Below are positions 1-11,270 of a DNA stretch of 64,000 nucleotides, piece by piece. The DNA is taken from the NCBI GenBank assembly GCA_964016885.1, contig OZ024741.1, positions 360,406,001 to 360,470,000 of the forward strand. Direction: 5' to 3'. Source of the DNA: Eledone cirrhosa (Eukaryota). The number at the start of each line of letters is the position of its first letter. The stretch's first letter is position 1. Under the pieces are notes generated by a model that saw only the letters and a program-made list of their open reading frames with translations, searched no databases and was not told the DNA's origin. The position numbers and the translations under genes are program-made.

Positions 1-220
1 CACTTCCTCTTCACATCGGTTGCCTTCGAGACCTCAGATCGGAATGTCAGCAGCCCATCTGAGGAAGGAGCCTCATGAGGTGTGTGAGGGGATGTTGCAG
101 TGGGTGTCGCTTGCAATTGTCTGTAGAAATGTTCTTGTGGTTTTGTTCGTGGGGCTAGAGCCCACTCCCCTCCCTCCTCCCCCTCCCAGTCTTCTGTGAC
201 CCTAGAGCCCTTGCCTTTCC
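1..220 (+). mobile_element. CRE-clade non-LTR retrotransposon 3' remnant (runs off the left edge)
   Basis: Nucleotide similarity to the reverse complement of about 20490-20680 (shared gaatgtcagcagccc.tctgaggaag.agcctc...ctg.agaaatg), which encodes a CRE-type C-terminus. Confidence 0.65.
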
Positions 221-381
221 CATCAAGAATTAGGAAGGATTTGTTATATAATCTTCTCATCATTAAGCTGTTGTTTGGAACATAACTTACCGAAGTTTCT
301 TACATAAAATTATGATAGAAGGATTTTGCAACGCAGAATCAAGGGTGGTTTTAGGCAGTTTCATATCAAAAGGGTTAAACT

Positions 382-505
382 TTCTTCTTTTTTTCTTCTT
401 CTTCTTTTTCTTCTTCTTCTTCTTCTTCTTCTTCTTCTTCTTCTTCTTCTTCTTGATTTTCTTTTTCTTTTTTCTTTTTTTCTTTTTCTTTTCTTTATTT
501 TCTTT
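382..505. repeat. (TTC)n / T-rich microsatellite
   Basis: Direct reading; it explains the poly-Phe/poly-Leu ORFs at 312-695 and 326-598. Confidence 0.95.
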
Positions 506-509
506 TCAT

Positions 510-640
510 CTTTCACTTATTCCTGTGAGGAATGTGGAGGCAGAATTCTCAAACACTTCTTCCAGCAGGTCCTGTCAGAAGCAACCATCCCCAATTGATC
601 TGAGCTCATCGATATTATCCAACCATCTTGTTCAGGGGGA
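510..640 (-). mobile_element. RTE-type LINE 3' remnant
   Basis: Reverse complement is similar to the RTE C-terminus at 43230-43375 (ggttggataa...atggttgcttctgacagga.ctgctgga). Confidence 0.6.
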
Positions 641-684
641 AGATATGCACACTCAAGTTCACACTACAACAGAGAATACTGGGG

Positions 685-1090
685 TTTCCTTCTAAGCATT
701 TTGAGGCAATGGTATTGCTGTAGGTGATAGTGAGGCTAAGGTGCTGAAATAGTCAAGCACCCTCATGAGCATCACCTTCAGTTAGTTGAGCCACCAATGA
801 TGAGAGAAACTTTATTGTTAGCAGCCCTGGAATAAACTACTGACATACTTACCAATAACTCATAATATGTCAGTAGTTTATTCGATGTATCTATGGATGT
901 AGATACCCCAACATCCACTGCAGCATCTAGGATATGAGAAGGGGCAAAAGAGTTGCTGACAGTGGTCTCCCATATGTGGCATCTACTAGCCCAAAGGCAA
1001 GGAGGAAGTTCATCAAGCCTTCCATTGATCCTGGATAATCTGGCTAGCTCTAGAGTTGAGGGGATATTTTTGTGATTATTTTCAATTCTG
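685..1090 (-). mobile_element. Degenerate CRE-clade non-LTR retrotransposon (restriction-like endonuclease region and C-terminus)
   Basis: ORF 778-1278 contains LELARLSRINGRLDELPPCLWASRCHIWETTVSNSFAPSH, resembling the CRE motif LEPxGLSRxDGKRPDGxTLxPWxxGxxLxWDxTxxDTxAPSH. A shifted frame continues GDAHEGA*LFQHLSLTITYSNTIAS, resembling GDPRExxWLFQRLSLAIxRGNA. Confidence 0.7.
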
Positions 1091-2362
1091 TTTGACAATC
1101 CATGAAGATCCCAGGAATCAAAGGAATCAAAAGCTTGACATTTCAATCCTCTACAGAAATCTTCCCCAGACTTAATGTCACTAATGTTTGCCTCAGGTAA
1201 ATAATTAACCTTAGTTTTCATAAAATCTGGCACTTGCTGAAAATAAGCAACACTTTGAATATTGATTAAATTTATCAAAAAGTGAGTTTAAAATATATTT
1301 TTACAGTAGATTGTTTCAAACTCTTTGAGTCAATTTATCCTGTTCTGGAACTGATAAACCCAGCTCCTTTTACTATAGCAGAGCTTAATCCATCTCCATG
1401 CTGGAGCTAGTCCATACTGGAAAGGTAAGTTTGTTGCCCATCAAAGAGGAGCAGGCATGAGTGGAAGAAAGGAAGCAATGTAGACATAGAAATGAATATT
1501 TACATAGACCTAAAACCTCAACTCATTTGGACAATGCAGCCTAGTTGCAGGACTCTGTAGTAAGTCTAATATTAACCAGATTTTTTAGTTTCTGGGGGAT
1601 TAGATTGTCAAAATGTTGCAGGGATAATGGGAATTTAAATGAGGGACTCGCTCTAAAGATATACAATAACTTGGGAGTAGACAGGTAATTCATAAGGAAA
1701 ACCATCCAAGTTACAATAAAATTGATGTAAAGAATAAAACCAAAATAAACGTCATCATCATCATCATCATAATTCCAATAAAAACCCATCTGTCAAATGT
1801 TAGCAAAAAATATGTTGATAATCTGATAGCAAAAGATGAGTTGGTGTAGAGGCTAAGGTTTATTTAAACCCACAAATTATATATAACATTGATTGGTATC
1901 AAAGAGAAAGTTATCCCCCCCCCCCCCTGCCAACTAAGTGTGTTAATTAACTAAACATCTGACTCACTGATTTATATCCTACTGCAGGTGACATATCCTT
2001 AGCTATGACACAGTTATACTTGCTTATAGTGTTATACCTAATTAGGATATCAGTTCTGACTATCAAATGTTTCCATTCTAAATTTATGAAGATTGTAAAG
2101 ATGGATATATCTATGGTAGGTAAAAGTGAAAGGTTTTGTAAACCTGAAAGCTCATTTTTGTTTAAATATCATATAATCTCTATAATCATGGTCATAGTGG
2201 AATCTTTTGTCTAGACAGATCATGGCACTGACACACAAGCATTTAAGATCTGTCAATTTTTTTATTTAGTGTTTATGGAATACAAGTGAGGTAAGACAAA
2301 AAGGGACGAGGTAGGGGAAAATGTTTTAAATATAAAATCCATATCAGTTATCTGTCAACAGT

Positions 2363-2364
<2 letters not shown>

Positions 2365-2422
<58 letters not shown>
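2365..2422. repeat. (CT)n microsatellite
   Basis: Direct reading. Confidence 0.95.
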
Positions 2423-2426
<4 letters not shown>

Positions 2427-2445
2427 TTCTCTTTCTACCTATATA

Positions 2446-2682
2446 TGTAAAGTGGTTGGTGATAGGAAGGTCATCCAGCCCTAGAAAGTTTGCCAATCAA
2501 AGAGTTGGGAGGACCTTTCAGTTGAACTGGTGCCATGATAAATGCACTTGGTAGAACACGGAAACATATGTAATGGAGATGTGACCCCCCCCCCCCTCCT
2601 CTTTTTCAATGCTGACTCGGTCTATGAAGACCCATTCAATCCTTACAAGCAGGGAAAGTGGACATTAAATGATGATGATGAT
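2446..2682 (+). mobile_element. RTE-tail SINE / RTE 3'UTR fragment ending in (GAT)n
   Basis: tgtaaagtggttggtgataggaagg.catccagc...ggacattaaatgatgatgat; the same tail appears at 24520-24880, 50840-51410 and at the RTE 3' end (44443-44710). Confidence 0.7.
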
Positions 2683-2700
2683 ATATATATATATATCTAT

Positions 2701-2912
2701 CTAGGGTGGATAAAATTCCCAAGATCTATGGACGAGTTCTCTCCAGTGGTCTCTGTCCCTCATCCTCGCTGCCATGTCCTGCGTCTCCAAGAGATCAGTG
2801 TCTGTCCTTAGGGTATCAATATATGTCACCTTCGGTCTCCCTCTTCTAGTGTGTCCATGCAGGGGCTCCCACAGGAGCACTAAGTGCAGTGTCAATTCTG
2901 GATGTCGGTGAG
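2701..2912 (-). mobile_element. RTE-clade LINE C-terminal fragment
   Basis: LVLLWEPLHGHTRRGRPKVTYIDTLRTDT...MRDRDHWRELV is a typical RTE ORF C-terminus. Confidence 0.8.
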
Positions 2913-3136
2913 CATATATATATAAGATAACAAGATATCATTTAAGGTAATCCAAGTAGAGGTTATGAGTACTCTGTATCGAGGATAGTTTTAACGTTCA
3001 CCGTTGTTTGGCTCAACAAGAAGTTTCCTTAGTCAGGTGGCCAGTTTAAGAAAGTTCCTAGGCAGGCGGTTCTTGGAGTAATAATAGTAAAAGAATGAAG
3101 AATAACATGGTCGGCTGTACAATAGGGTTTATTTAA

Positions 3137-3246
3137 AGTATTAACAATTGTTTCATTAGTCCGGTGTGTCTAAAAGTCACTGATCATTAGAAATCACGTC
3201 ACTCGACTTCAATTACAGTCGATATCGACCAAATCATCAGAATACT
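3137..3246 (-). ncRNA. Minimal type I hammerhead ribozyme motif in a (TA)n-flanked insert (about 2923-3248)
   Basis: Minus strand: AGUAUU-CUGAUGA-[long domain II closed by UUGGUC/GACUAA]-GAAA-CAAUUG-UU-AAUACU. Stem I is a perfect 6 bp, domain III is palindromic, and AAUAAA follows 3 nt after stem I. Confidence 0.75.
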
Positions 3247-3715
3247 GATATATATATATATCAGCAAAGTCATTCTGCTATATTAACATTACCACCAACT
3301 CCAGCCAGCCCGTCACTGCTGCTATCATTGTTGACAGATTAGCAGTTAATGTCACACATGGTGTACCAGTGTTGACATAGAAATTTAGTAGTGAAGTCAA
3401 TATTCTGAATCCCCCTATTGGACTAACCTGCTGATAAATCCAGGATTTACTGATTTTTGATTTGTTATTAATCAAGGACTAGCAAACTCCACTTCTTGAT
3501 CCGATACATGGATTTTTGTAACCTGGCAACTTTAAGTGCTAAACAAGAGGGATACAAGCCCTTTCAAATGATGAAATTGCAAGTACCTTAACCTGTTGAC
3601 TGCTGCGTATATTCTACACAGCTACAGTTGCTGTGCTAGGAGTTTTGTTTTTTTTCAGTAAAATAACTATTTTGATTGACAAACATCACATCAATAAACT
3701 AAAACCCCATCCAGC

Positions 3716-3847
3716 TTTGAAGTTATGAACTGTTGGAAACGAGTTCATAAGTTTGAAGTTATGAAGTGTTGGAAATGAGTTCATAAGTTTGAAGTTATGT
3801 ACTTTTGGGAACGAGTTCATAACTTTGAAGTTATGAAGTGTTGGAAA
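3716..3847. repeat. 36-bp tandem repeat, about 3.7 copies, each with an internal inverted repeat
   Basis: Unit tttgaagttatgaactgttggaaacgagttcataag starts at 3716, 3752, 3788 and 3824. Confidence 0.9.
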
Positions 3848-4377
3848 GGCGTTCAAACATGTTAGGATGAGTTATCTCATCTATGGCACTGAAGAGGTTA
3901 ACGTTTTCATATGTTGAGCTGTTGAAATGTTAACTCAACTCTAAACTTTTGGCTAAGGCATCTGACTGGAAATGTTGCTTTACAAGTGATCCTATGTGAC
4001 TGTTCCAAATAAATTTGTTGGGCAAATTGTAAACAACCGGATCAAAACCAATGGGCACCCTTATTATTATATATAACCAATGGGTAACCCTTATTATTAT
4101 ATATATATCTAACCAATGGGTAACCCTTATTATTATATATATATAAACAAATATCATGTAAACATAGCCAATCTCTCAGACTTTTACAAAGATGGGTGTG
4201 CTCATGCACAGAGGTGCCATAAAATAGCTTATAAAATAGGGTGAAGACTCTTAAAGATGAACAAAAAAGTTGCCATCGGCCACTGATGGCAATTTCTTTT
4301 TCCATCTTTTTTATCAGATATTTTATAGCCTCTCCACACATGAGGACACCATTCTTTATATTATATATATATATAAT

Positions 4378-4721
4378 GGAGGCACATGGCTTAGTGGTTA
4401 GAGCATTGGCCTTGCAATCGAAAGGTTGTGAGTTCAATTCTCAGACCGGGTGATGTGTTGTTTCCTTGAGCAAGACACTTTATTTCACATTGCTCCAGTT
4501 TACTCAGCTGTAGAAATGAGATGATAGGGACTGGGGTCTCTATCATTCCACTGCAAAGTGGTCGTGGAGGTGCCACGGCAAAAAAGCACCCAGCACTCAC
4601 TGTAAATGAGGTTGGTGTTAGGAAGGACATCCAGCTGTAGAAATCAAGCCAGAATCAGTTCCCGTCCCACCCTTGCAAGCAGGGAAAAGCGGACGTAAAA
4701 TGAAATGAATGAATGAATGAA
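4378..4721 (+). mobile_element. tRNA-derived SINE with CORE-like centre and RTE-type tail
   Basis: A box tggcttagtgg, B box gagttcaattc, central ccttgagcaagacacttt...ctccagtttactcagctg, tail ...ggacgtaaaa(tgaa)n. Confidence 0.8.
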
Positions 4722-4771
4722 TATATATACAATATATTAATAAATGGAAACTATATTTATAAAACCATAAT

Positions 4772-4836
4772 TATTTTATTATATATATTTCAAGGGCAAC
4801 CAAGGCAATTTTGGTGCGCTTTCGTCAGATAAAATA
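4772..4836 (-). ncRNA. Minimal type I hammerhead ribozyme motif (mirror copy in the left palindrome arm)
   Basis: Exact reverse complement of the motif at 4932-4996. Confidence 0.75.
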
Positions 4837-4931
4837 CAAAATATGTTTTATAAATGTTGACATACCCGTAGAAAAACAACCTTGACGGTTGTTTTTCTAC
4901 GGGTATGTCAACATTTATAAAACATATTTTG

Positions 4932-4996
4932 TATTTTATCTGACGAAAGCGCACCAAAATTGCCTTGGTTGCCCTTGAAATATATATAATAAAATA
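4932..4996 (+). ncRNA. Minimal type I hammerhead ribozyme motif
   Basis: UAUUUUAU-CUGACGA-AAGCGCACCA..UGGUUGCCCUU-GAAA-UAUAUA-UA-AUAAAAUA. Stem I is a perfect 8 bp, stem II is near-perfect, domain III is palindromic, and the predicted cleavage site is after 4988. Confidence 0.8.
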
Positions 4997-5126
4997 ATTA
5001 TGGTTTTATAAATATAGTTTCCATTTATTAATATATTGAATATTTACTCCAGTAATCTGTTGAGTGCTTTATATCAGTTATAAAACTTTTAAGCTTGTTG
5101 AATCCCAACAAATTAAATATAACTTC

Positions 5127-5129
<3 letters not shown>

Positions 5130-5173
<44 letters not shown>
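5130..5173. repeat. (TA)n microsatellite
   Basis: Direct reading. Confidence 0.95.
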
Positions 5174-5176
<3 letters not shown>

Positions 5177-5217
5177 AGATAAAAGAGAATCAGTGTTGTG
5201 ACGAAAGGAATTTATTG

Positions 5218-5313
5218 GACATATTACAAATGTTTCTTGGGCGACCAACTTGAGGCACGATCGATATGGTGATCACACCTGACTCTGAAATCAACATGGT
5301 CGTCAGATACGTC
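5218..5313 (-). ncRNA. Minimal type I hammerhead-like motif in a (TA)n-flanked insert (about 5174-5385)
   Basis: Minus strand: GACGUAU-CUGACGA-[about 63 nt]-GAAA-CAUUUG-UA-AUAUGUC, then AAUAAA. Stem I is 7 bp with one GU pair; the base of stem II pairs poorly. Confidence 0.55.
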
Positions 5314-6919
5314 TCGATTCTACGAGGGCATCGAGTGCTCTTACGGCTTACCGCATACGGACGCTTTAAGCATCCAACACCAATTATATATATATATATA
5401 TGTGTGTGTGTCTGTGTGTGTGTTTATGTGTCAGTTTTATTGACTAAGAGAAAAAGTGCTTAATACCATAGTAGAATGTAATTGTTTATATTGACTGAAC
5501 CAGTAGCCTGTTCCCTACCTCTGGGCTATATCTTTCATTAAAAATATTGTAAAGAATGGGTTAAATATTGAAACAACTAATTTTTTTTTAAGCATAGCTT
5601 GCTTGTCTTAAAGCTAACTTTGAGTATTGAAATAGAAAACAGCTCAATATAGGAAGTGAGTAAAAAAAAGAATTTAGAAATAGTTAGCAGTGGATTTATA
5701 CCAAAGTTTGAAAATGCTCTGCCAGCAACTACGAATCTTCTCTAATGAAAGGTTTGATTTTCTATACAATCTCTGGTGTGTAATGTACTGTAAACAAAGC
5801 ACTGAACATAGTTGGGTTTCTTAACAGACCAACAGATCTAAGAACAGATAAAAGGTCAGTAGCACCAAACTAAATGTCTTTAATGCCATGTGTTCTCATG
5901 CAAGAGAAGAAATAATTTATAGAACTGAAAGTTAAAAATAAATCAATCTTCCAAAATACTATGATAATACTAATTGCTTTAATTTAACAAAATAATGATA
6001 TCTAATTTAAGCACAAGGCCAGCAATTTTGAGCTGTAAGAGTCATGTCATTGCCAGAATAACAGTAATACGAAATGAATCACAAATATCTACAATAGATA
6101 TTTCCCTGCAAATTCAGCCATATGTGACTTATCTAGTTGGAAAACATTAAGTACAATAAACTTTCCTCTTAGAAGTCCTCAGATGGTTAACTATGCCTTA
6201 AAGAAATTTTAAAATTTGATGATGATACTGGTTAAAGAATATCTAGGACAGCCAGTGCCAGATTTACCATTGTGCTTATGTGTGCTTAAGCACAGGCCCC
6301 GTTAGCCAGGGGGGGGGGGGGTCATCTTCCTGCTAAAAAGATTTTTTACGATGAATTTTTTACAATGAATTTATGATGAATTTTTCAAAAGTAAGGGGCC
6401 TCATAATTTAACTAGCATCAACTTCAAATACATTTTAATGCTTAGATTATTTTAAAATGTTTCTGCAGAGAATGCCAGATTAAGTCTTCTGAGGCTCTAA
6501 CTCTTAAGAGATTATGCTGCTCCTCATATATAAAGTCTGAAAAAAAACTTTGGAATGACAAATACAGTTAATTTGAATAAATTGGTGCCCCACTTCCCTG
6601 CTACACTAACCATGTGCATATTTTGCTTAACCCAGCCATGTAGTTTCTGGTTCAGTCTTGAGTAAGTGTCTTTTACTATGACCTCATGTTGACTAATGTC
6701 TTGTGAGTGAAATTTGGTGGAAAGAAACTGTGTGGAAACCCATCATATATATATTTATTTATGTGTCTGTGTGTGTACACTTAACATTTTGTTTATGTCC
6801 TATAACTTATCTTTTTGACAAATAGAGATTGCTAAATTAAGTACAGTAGTTGATATCATCAACTAAATCCCTTCAGCATGGTCACTCTCTAATAATTGAA
6901 ACCAGTAAAAGAATAAGAA

Positions 6920-7115
6920 TGTAGTGACTAGCGCCATCTCTGCCCGGAACCGAACTATTTGGAGTCCCTGTGGCCAGTATATAAGGGAGTGTTCTGACGC
7001 CTCTCTCTCTCTTTACACCTTTTGGCCGCCTGACTAGTAGGCCAGGCACGGCTACGCCAAAGGTAGCTCTTAGCATCTTATTTCTCTTTCGGTCAAGCTT
7101 TTCCGACCTGCAACA
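6920..7115 (+). mobile_element. Short LTR-like GC/CpG-rich segment
   Basis: TGTAG...CAACA termini, TATATAA at 6978-6984, and composition sharply different from the flanks; no target-site duplication seen. Confidence 0.4.
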
Positions 7116-7659
7116 CATCTGCTGAGGACCTATACCATAAGGTTGAGCTCAGATGTATTCCAATCCTTCTTACAAGGATTAACAAAGCAAGTCACAGGTA
7201 TGTCATTTAACCATTGTAATACACACATGCACAAGCACACAAATAAAGAAAAACTACCTTCATATACAGTTGAGAAGACTTATCATTGTTATCATATATA
7301 TTATTTCCTGTCTGCATCTCATCATCTTGCCTCCTGCTTTCCTTACATATTCTTGTGTTCCTTCACTTATTAAATTATTAAATTAGTGATTGGCATACAG
7401 TGTTATCTACCAGAGTAAGTAACCTTATGACTTGTTCATTAAAAGAATAAGTACAGGAGACAACTTAAAAAATATTTAGTCTGATGACCTTAGTAATGAA
7501 ACATAGCCTTCAACTTGCTAGAGTAATAATGAAAGGAGCATTAAATAAATATAGAAGATTGCTGTGAAGCTGTGGAGTCTGATGAAACTAGTGATTGCCT
7601 GCATTGAGAAATAGTAAGTACAAAAAGTTCACAAAATGGATCAGATGCCTATAAGTGCA

Positions 7660-8060
7660 ACAAGCATCTTCTAACTTTCGTGATCCACAATCTCCTATTC
7701 AACATTGCTCCAATCAATTCCCACATCTTTCAGATCGACTGTAAATATTCTTTGCCAGGTGATCTTTGGTTGTTCTGATTTTCTCTCACTGCCTGTTGGT
7801 ACCTTTCCAATTTGCTCTTCTTGAATGTCATTATATGTTGCAACATCTACCCAGCTAATCACCATTGACATTCTGCTACAATATCTTGCATTTTTTATGA
7901 CTTAGTCCTTTCCAAGATCTTTTCATCTGTGAAGTGGTTATGCCAGATGACTCTCAATATTCTTCTTAAGCATTGCTGATAAAAGATGCTCTGCTTTTGT
8001 GCTACTTGAGCTGTGCTTTCCTATGTTTCACAGATGTAGATTGCTATTGGCACCACAATT
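7660..8060 (-). mobile_element. Highly degenerate RTE-like LINE 3' remnant
   Basis: Reverse-complement translation gives RTE-like fragments (LRRILRVIWH...PKITWQRIF...W). Confidence 0.5.
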
Positions 8061-9983
8061 GAATTGTTTTGTTTTGTTATTTCCCAAACTGGAATAAGTT
8101 AATTTACAATGATGAAGAGGAAGAATCTGATTTTCAAACAGATTTAACCTGATAGGTAGGCACCCAATCCAGAAATAGATTTATCACCCAAATACTTAAT
8201 GCAATGAAATTCAAGCTAAGCACAATCATTTAAAAGTCAGTTGGGGTTTAGGAAACTTTTAGGTACTTACATACATAATAAGGTAATAGGCAAAATGTTT
8301 AAATTTGCAGATTTGTCCAACTTGTGCAATTATGAAAATTATGCCAAAACTGGAATGCATGTATGTGACTTGGTCTATAATGACCTGGTGAGCTTATACT
8401 ATCATAGAAGAACAGATGTAAAAGGATGATGATGATGAAGTTTGGTGTAGAAGCAACAAAAATACTTGAGACATGTTTTCCAAACATTACATTCTGGTAA
8501 TTTAATTAAAAACAAATTGCTTGTAAAGTCTACCCCATACTACATTCCAGTCTCTGTCTGGCCATTAACTTAATTTGTCTATTCATTCTAAATCCTTAAC
8601 CATTTTAATACCACATTTTTAATGAAATGCTTTCAAATCAGCTTAAAAATAATCAAATGTTTAAAAGGATTTAGTAATATAACTAAAAATAACTAACTTT
8701 TTCATTATGATGCTGGTGTTTGAAACAGCTTAACAAGGGTTAATAAAACAAATTTATGATGGAAGGATTTTAGATAAATATAAACACTTTAAAACAAACA
8801 GTTTTGTATAATAGAACCAGAGATGGTTTCATGCAGTTTGGTATCAAAAGGTCATTTTTCAGTAATATCTATTGTCTTTATATGGTGTAGTCTTGTCACT
8901 TGAGATATAGGAGGCAGGGAATATGTTTGGTGTACTTGTGTCAAGACAAGAAATACCAACAGGGAACAATGGCATAACAAGGGCTCTCACCACTCGGGGT
9001 GGAGTGGGGGATGGCACTTTTGGCACTCCCAGCTTATTCATTTGTTTACAAAAGATTACATATAATTTATATAATGTAATGTTTAAGATTTACCAAAGCT
9101 GGTAAGAGGCCATATGTGAGAGGCCCCATCCTGGCTGCTCATTAAGTATTTTAGTCATCAGTTCTGAATACATAAGAAGCATGATAGGCTAGATGAAATG
9201 TTATGCTCCTTCATACCTGTGCTAGGGGAGGTGGGGCAGGTGGGTGACTGTCCCCTCTGGCATCTCCCTTGCTATGCCTCTGACAGAAAAGAATAAAGTA
9301 ATGCCTTGCCCTGCCCTTTATTACAAACTCCACTTCAATCCCAGTCCCCCTATGACTACACGTGGAGAACAATATCTAATAATCTTACCTGTCCTGATTA
9401 ACTCTTCTTTATTCATATATTATGTTTTTCTTTGTATAAATGTTTGTGTGTGTTTTTAATTATTATCATTATACAATATTTTGTTTTTGTTTGACATTCC
9501 ATTTGTGTGTATGTGTCCTCCCCTATGTGTGTCCTCCCCTATGTGTGTCCTCCCCTATGTAAATTTGTGTATATATTTCTTAACAAGCCTGAAATACAAT
9601 TATCAAGTATCTGAACATGTGTGCATGTATTTTATATTATTTATATACACACATGTGTATATGTGTGTATTATGAGTGTGTGTGTGTTTGTGTGTGTTTT
9701 TGTGCATTTATTTGATTCTTGTACATATATTTTTCAAGTATGTTTAAGTATGTATATGTACATATATGTTTAAGTATGTATATGTATGTATATGTACATA
9801 TATGTTTAAGTATGTATATGTATGTATATGTACATATATGTTTAAGTATGTATATGTAAAGTATAATAATGACATGTTTTGTATATGTATATTTGTATGA
9901 TGTTTCATCTATTTTAATTAAAATGTCTAGGAGAGTGTTCGGATCAAATCATAGTGCAGAATGGCAAGAGGGGACAGGGGAAA

Positions 9984-10343
9984 TCTTCTTTCCTTCTCTA
10001 CCCCAGCATCCATGTGGATCACTTCTTCTTTCCTTCTCTACCCCAGCATCCATGTGGATCACTTCTTCTTTCCTTCTCTACCCCAGCATCCATGTGGATC
10101 ACTTCTTCTTTCCTTCTCTACCCCAGCATCCATGTGGATCACTTCTTCTTTCCTTCTCTACCCCAGCATCAATGTGGATCACTTCTTCTTTCCTTCTCTA
10201 CCCCAGCATCCATGTGGATCACTTCTTCTTTCCTTCTCTACCCCAGCATCAATGTGGATCACTTCTTCTTTCCTTCTCTACCCCAGCATCAATGTGGATC
10301 ACTTCTTCTTTCCTTCTCTACCCCAGCATCAATGTGGATCACT
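9984..10343. repeat. 40-bp minisatellite, 9 near-identical copies
   Basis: Unit tcttctttccttctctaccccagcatc(c/a)atgtggatcact; it explains the three overlapping ORFs at 9869-10450. Confidence 0.95.
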
Positions 10344-11082
10344 ATAAATTAGAAGCCAGAGAGATAAAATGTACTTTTATCTTTTATTTCTACAAAGCTG
10401 ACTCAATACCCCTCCAGCTCCTCCCACTCCACCCTGCCACCCTATCATAATATCAGAAGAAGAAACCCCATAAAAGAATGAGATTTACTGATTGTGAAAC
10501 TTGTGTCTTTTAGTAGACAAGATGGCAAGTCAGCTGAATCTGTTGATTCATTCTAGCTAGCTAACAGCTATGGGAATTTATGTTAATGTCTTTGCAAGAG
10601 ATAAAATAAGTGGGGAAAGCCATACTAATGAAATCTTTTCAATTTGTGTTTTCTGGTAAGGATGGGATGTTAAAATACAGAAGATTTCAATTAAGGTAAA
10701 AAATAAAAATAATAATAATGCAAACTACATCGTTTACTGGAAGAGTAAACTTTTCTAACTGTATGAGTTCTAAATCTGGTTTCTTAGCTATTAAGATTGT
10801 TTTCATTTAAGAGAAAAGTATCTGAGTTAATCACTATCACCCATTCAGCTTTCTCCAAGTAATCCATAAACTAATATATATAAGAAGTCAATAAAGATAG
10901 TTATCCTCGTTTATATTACAAATGGAATGTCCCCTTAACTTATATATTTACCAAGGATATTAGTGAAGTAAAAAGCTAAGTATTATAACTTCCCTTCCAT
11001 TCTCCAGACAATGAAGACCCCTAACCTCCATCTGTTGAGACCTCAATAAAAAATCATTGCGTTGGATTGGCAGTATTGGTAG

Positions 11083-11270
11083 ATGGTTGGGTGCCATGCT
11101 TTGTAGCACAGAGTTACGGCCCTTTACGGTCTGAGTTCAAATCCCGCCGAGGTTAACTTTGCCTTTCAACCTCACGGAGTTGATAAAATAAAGCACCAAT
11201 AATGTGCTGGGGTAATTGCTGGCCTTGTGCCAAAAGTAGAAACAATTATTATAAAGACACTGGAGTGTTA
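11083..11270 (+). mobile_element. tRNA-derived SINE (Meta/MESC-like central domain), family A
   Basis: tggcagtattgg A box, gagttcaaatccc B box, actttgcctttca..ct.acgg.gt.gataaaataaag.acca centre, ggccttgtgccaaaagtagaaacaattatt tail; more than 10 copies in the window. Confidence 0.8.

Larger units (their letters stand above)
4730..5038. repeat. Perfect inverted repeat, 152-bp arms with a 5-nt spacer (ttgac)
   Basis: 4730-4881 is the exact reverse complement of 4887-5038. Confidence 0.95.

Noticed and set aside
312-695. Poly-Phe / poly-Leu ORFs
   Set aside because: Translation of a (TTC)n microsatellite plus an RTE fragment.
4378-4455. tRNA-like sequence with A and B boxes (also the family-A heads)
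   Set aside because: These are SINE heads continuous with SINE bodies, not tRNA genes.
9869-10450. Three overlapping 128-193 aa ORFs
   Set aside because: They arise from a stop-free 40-bp minisatellite.
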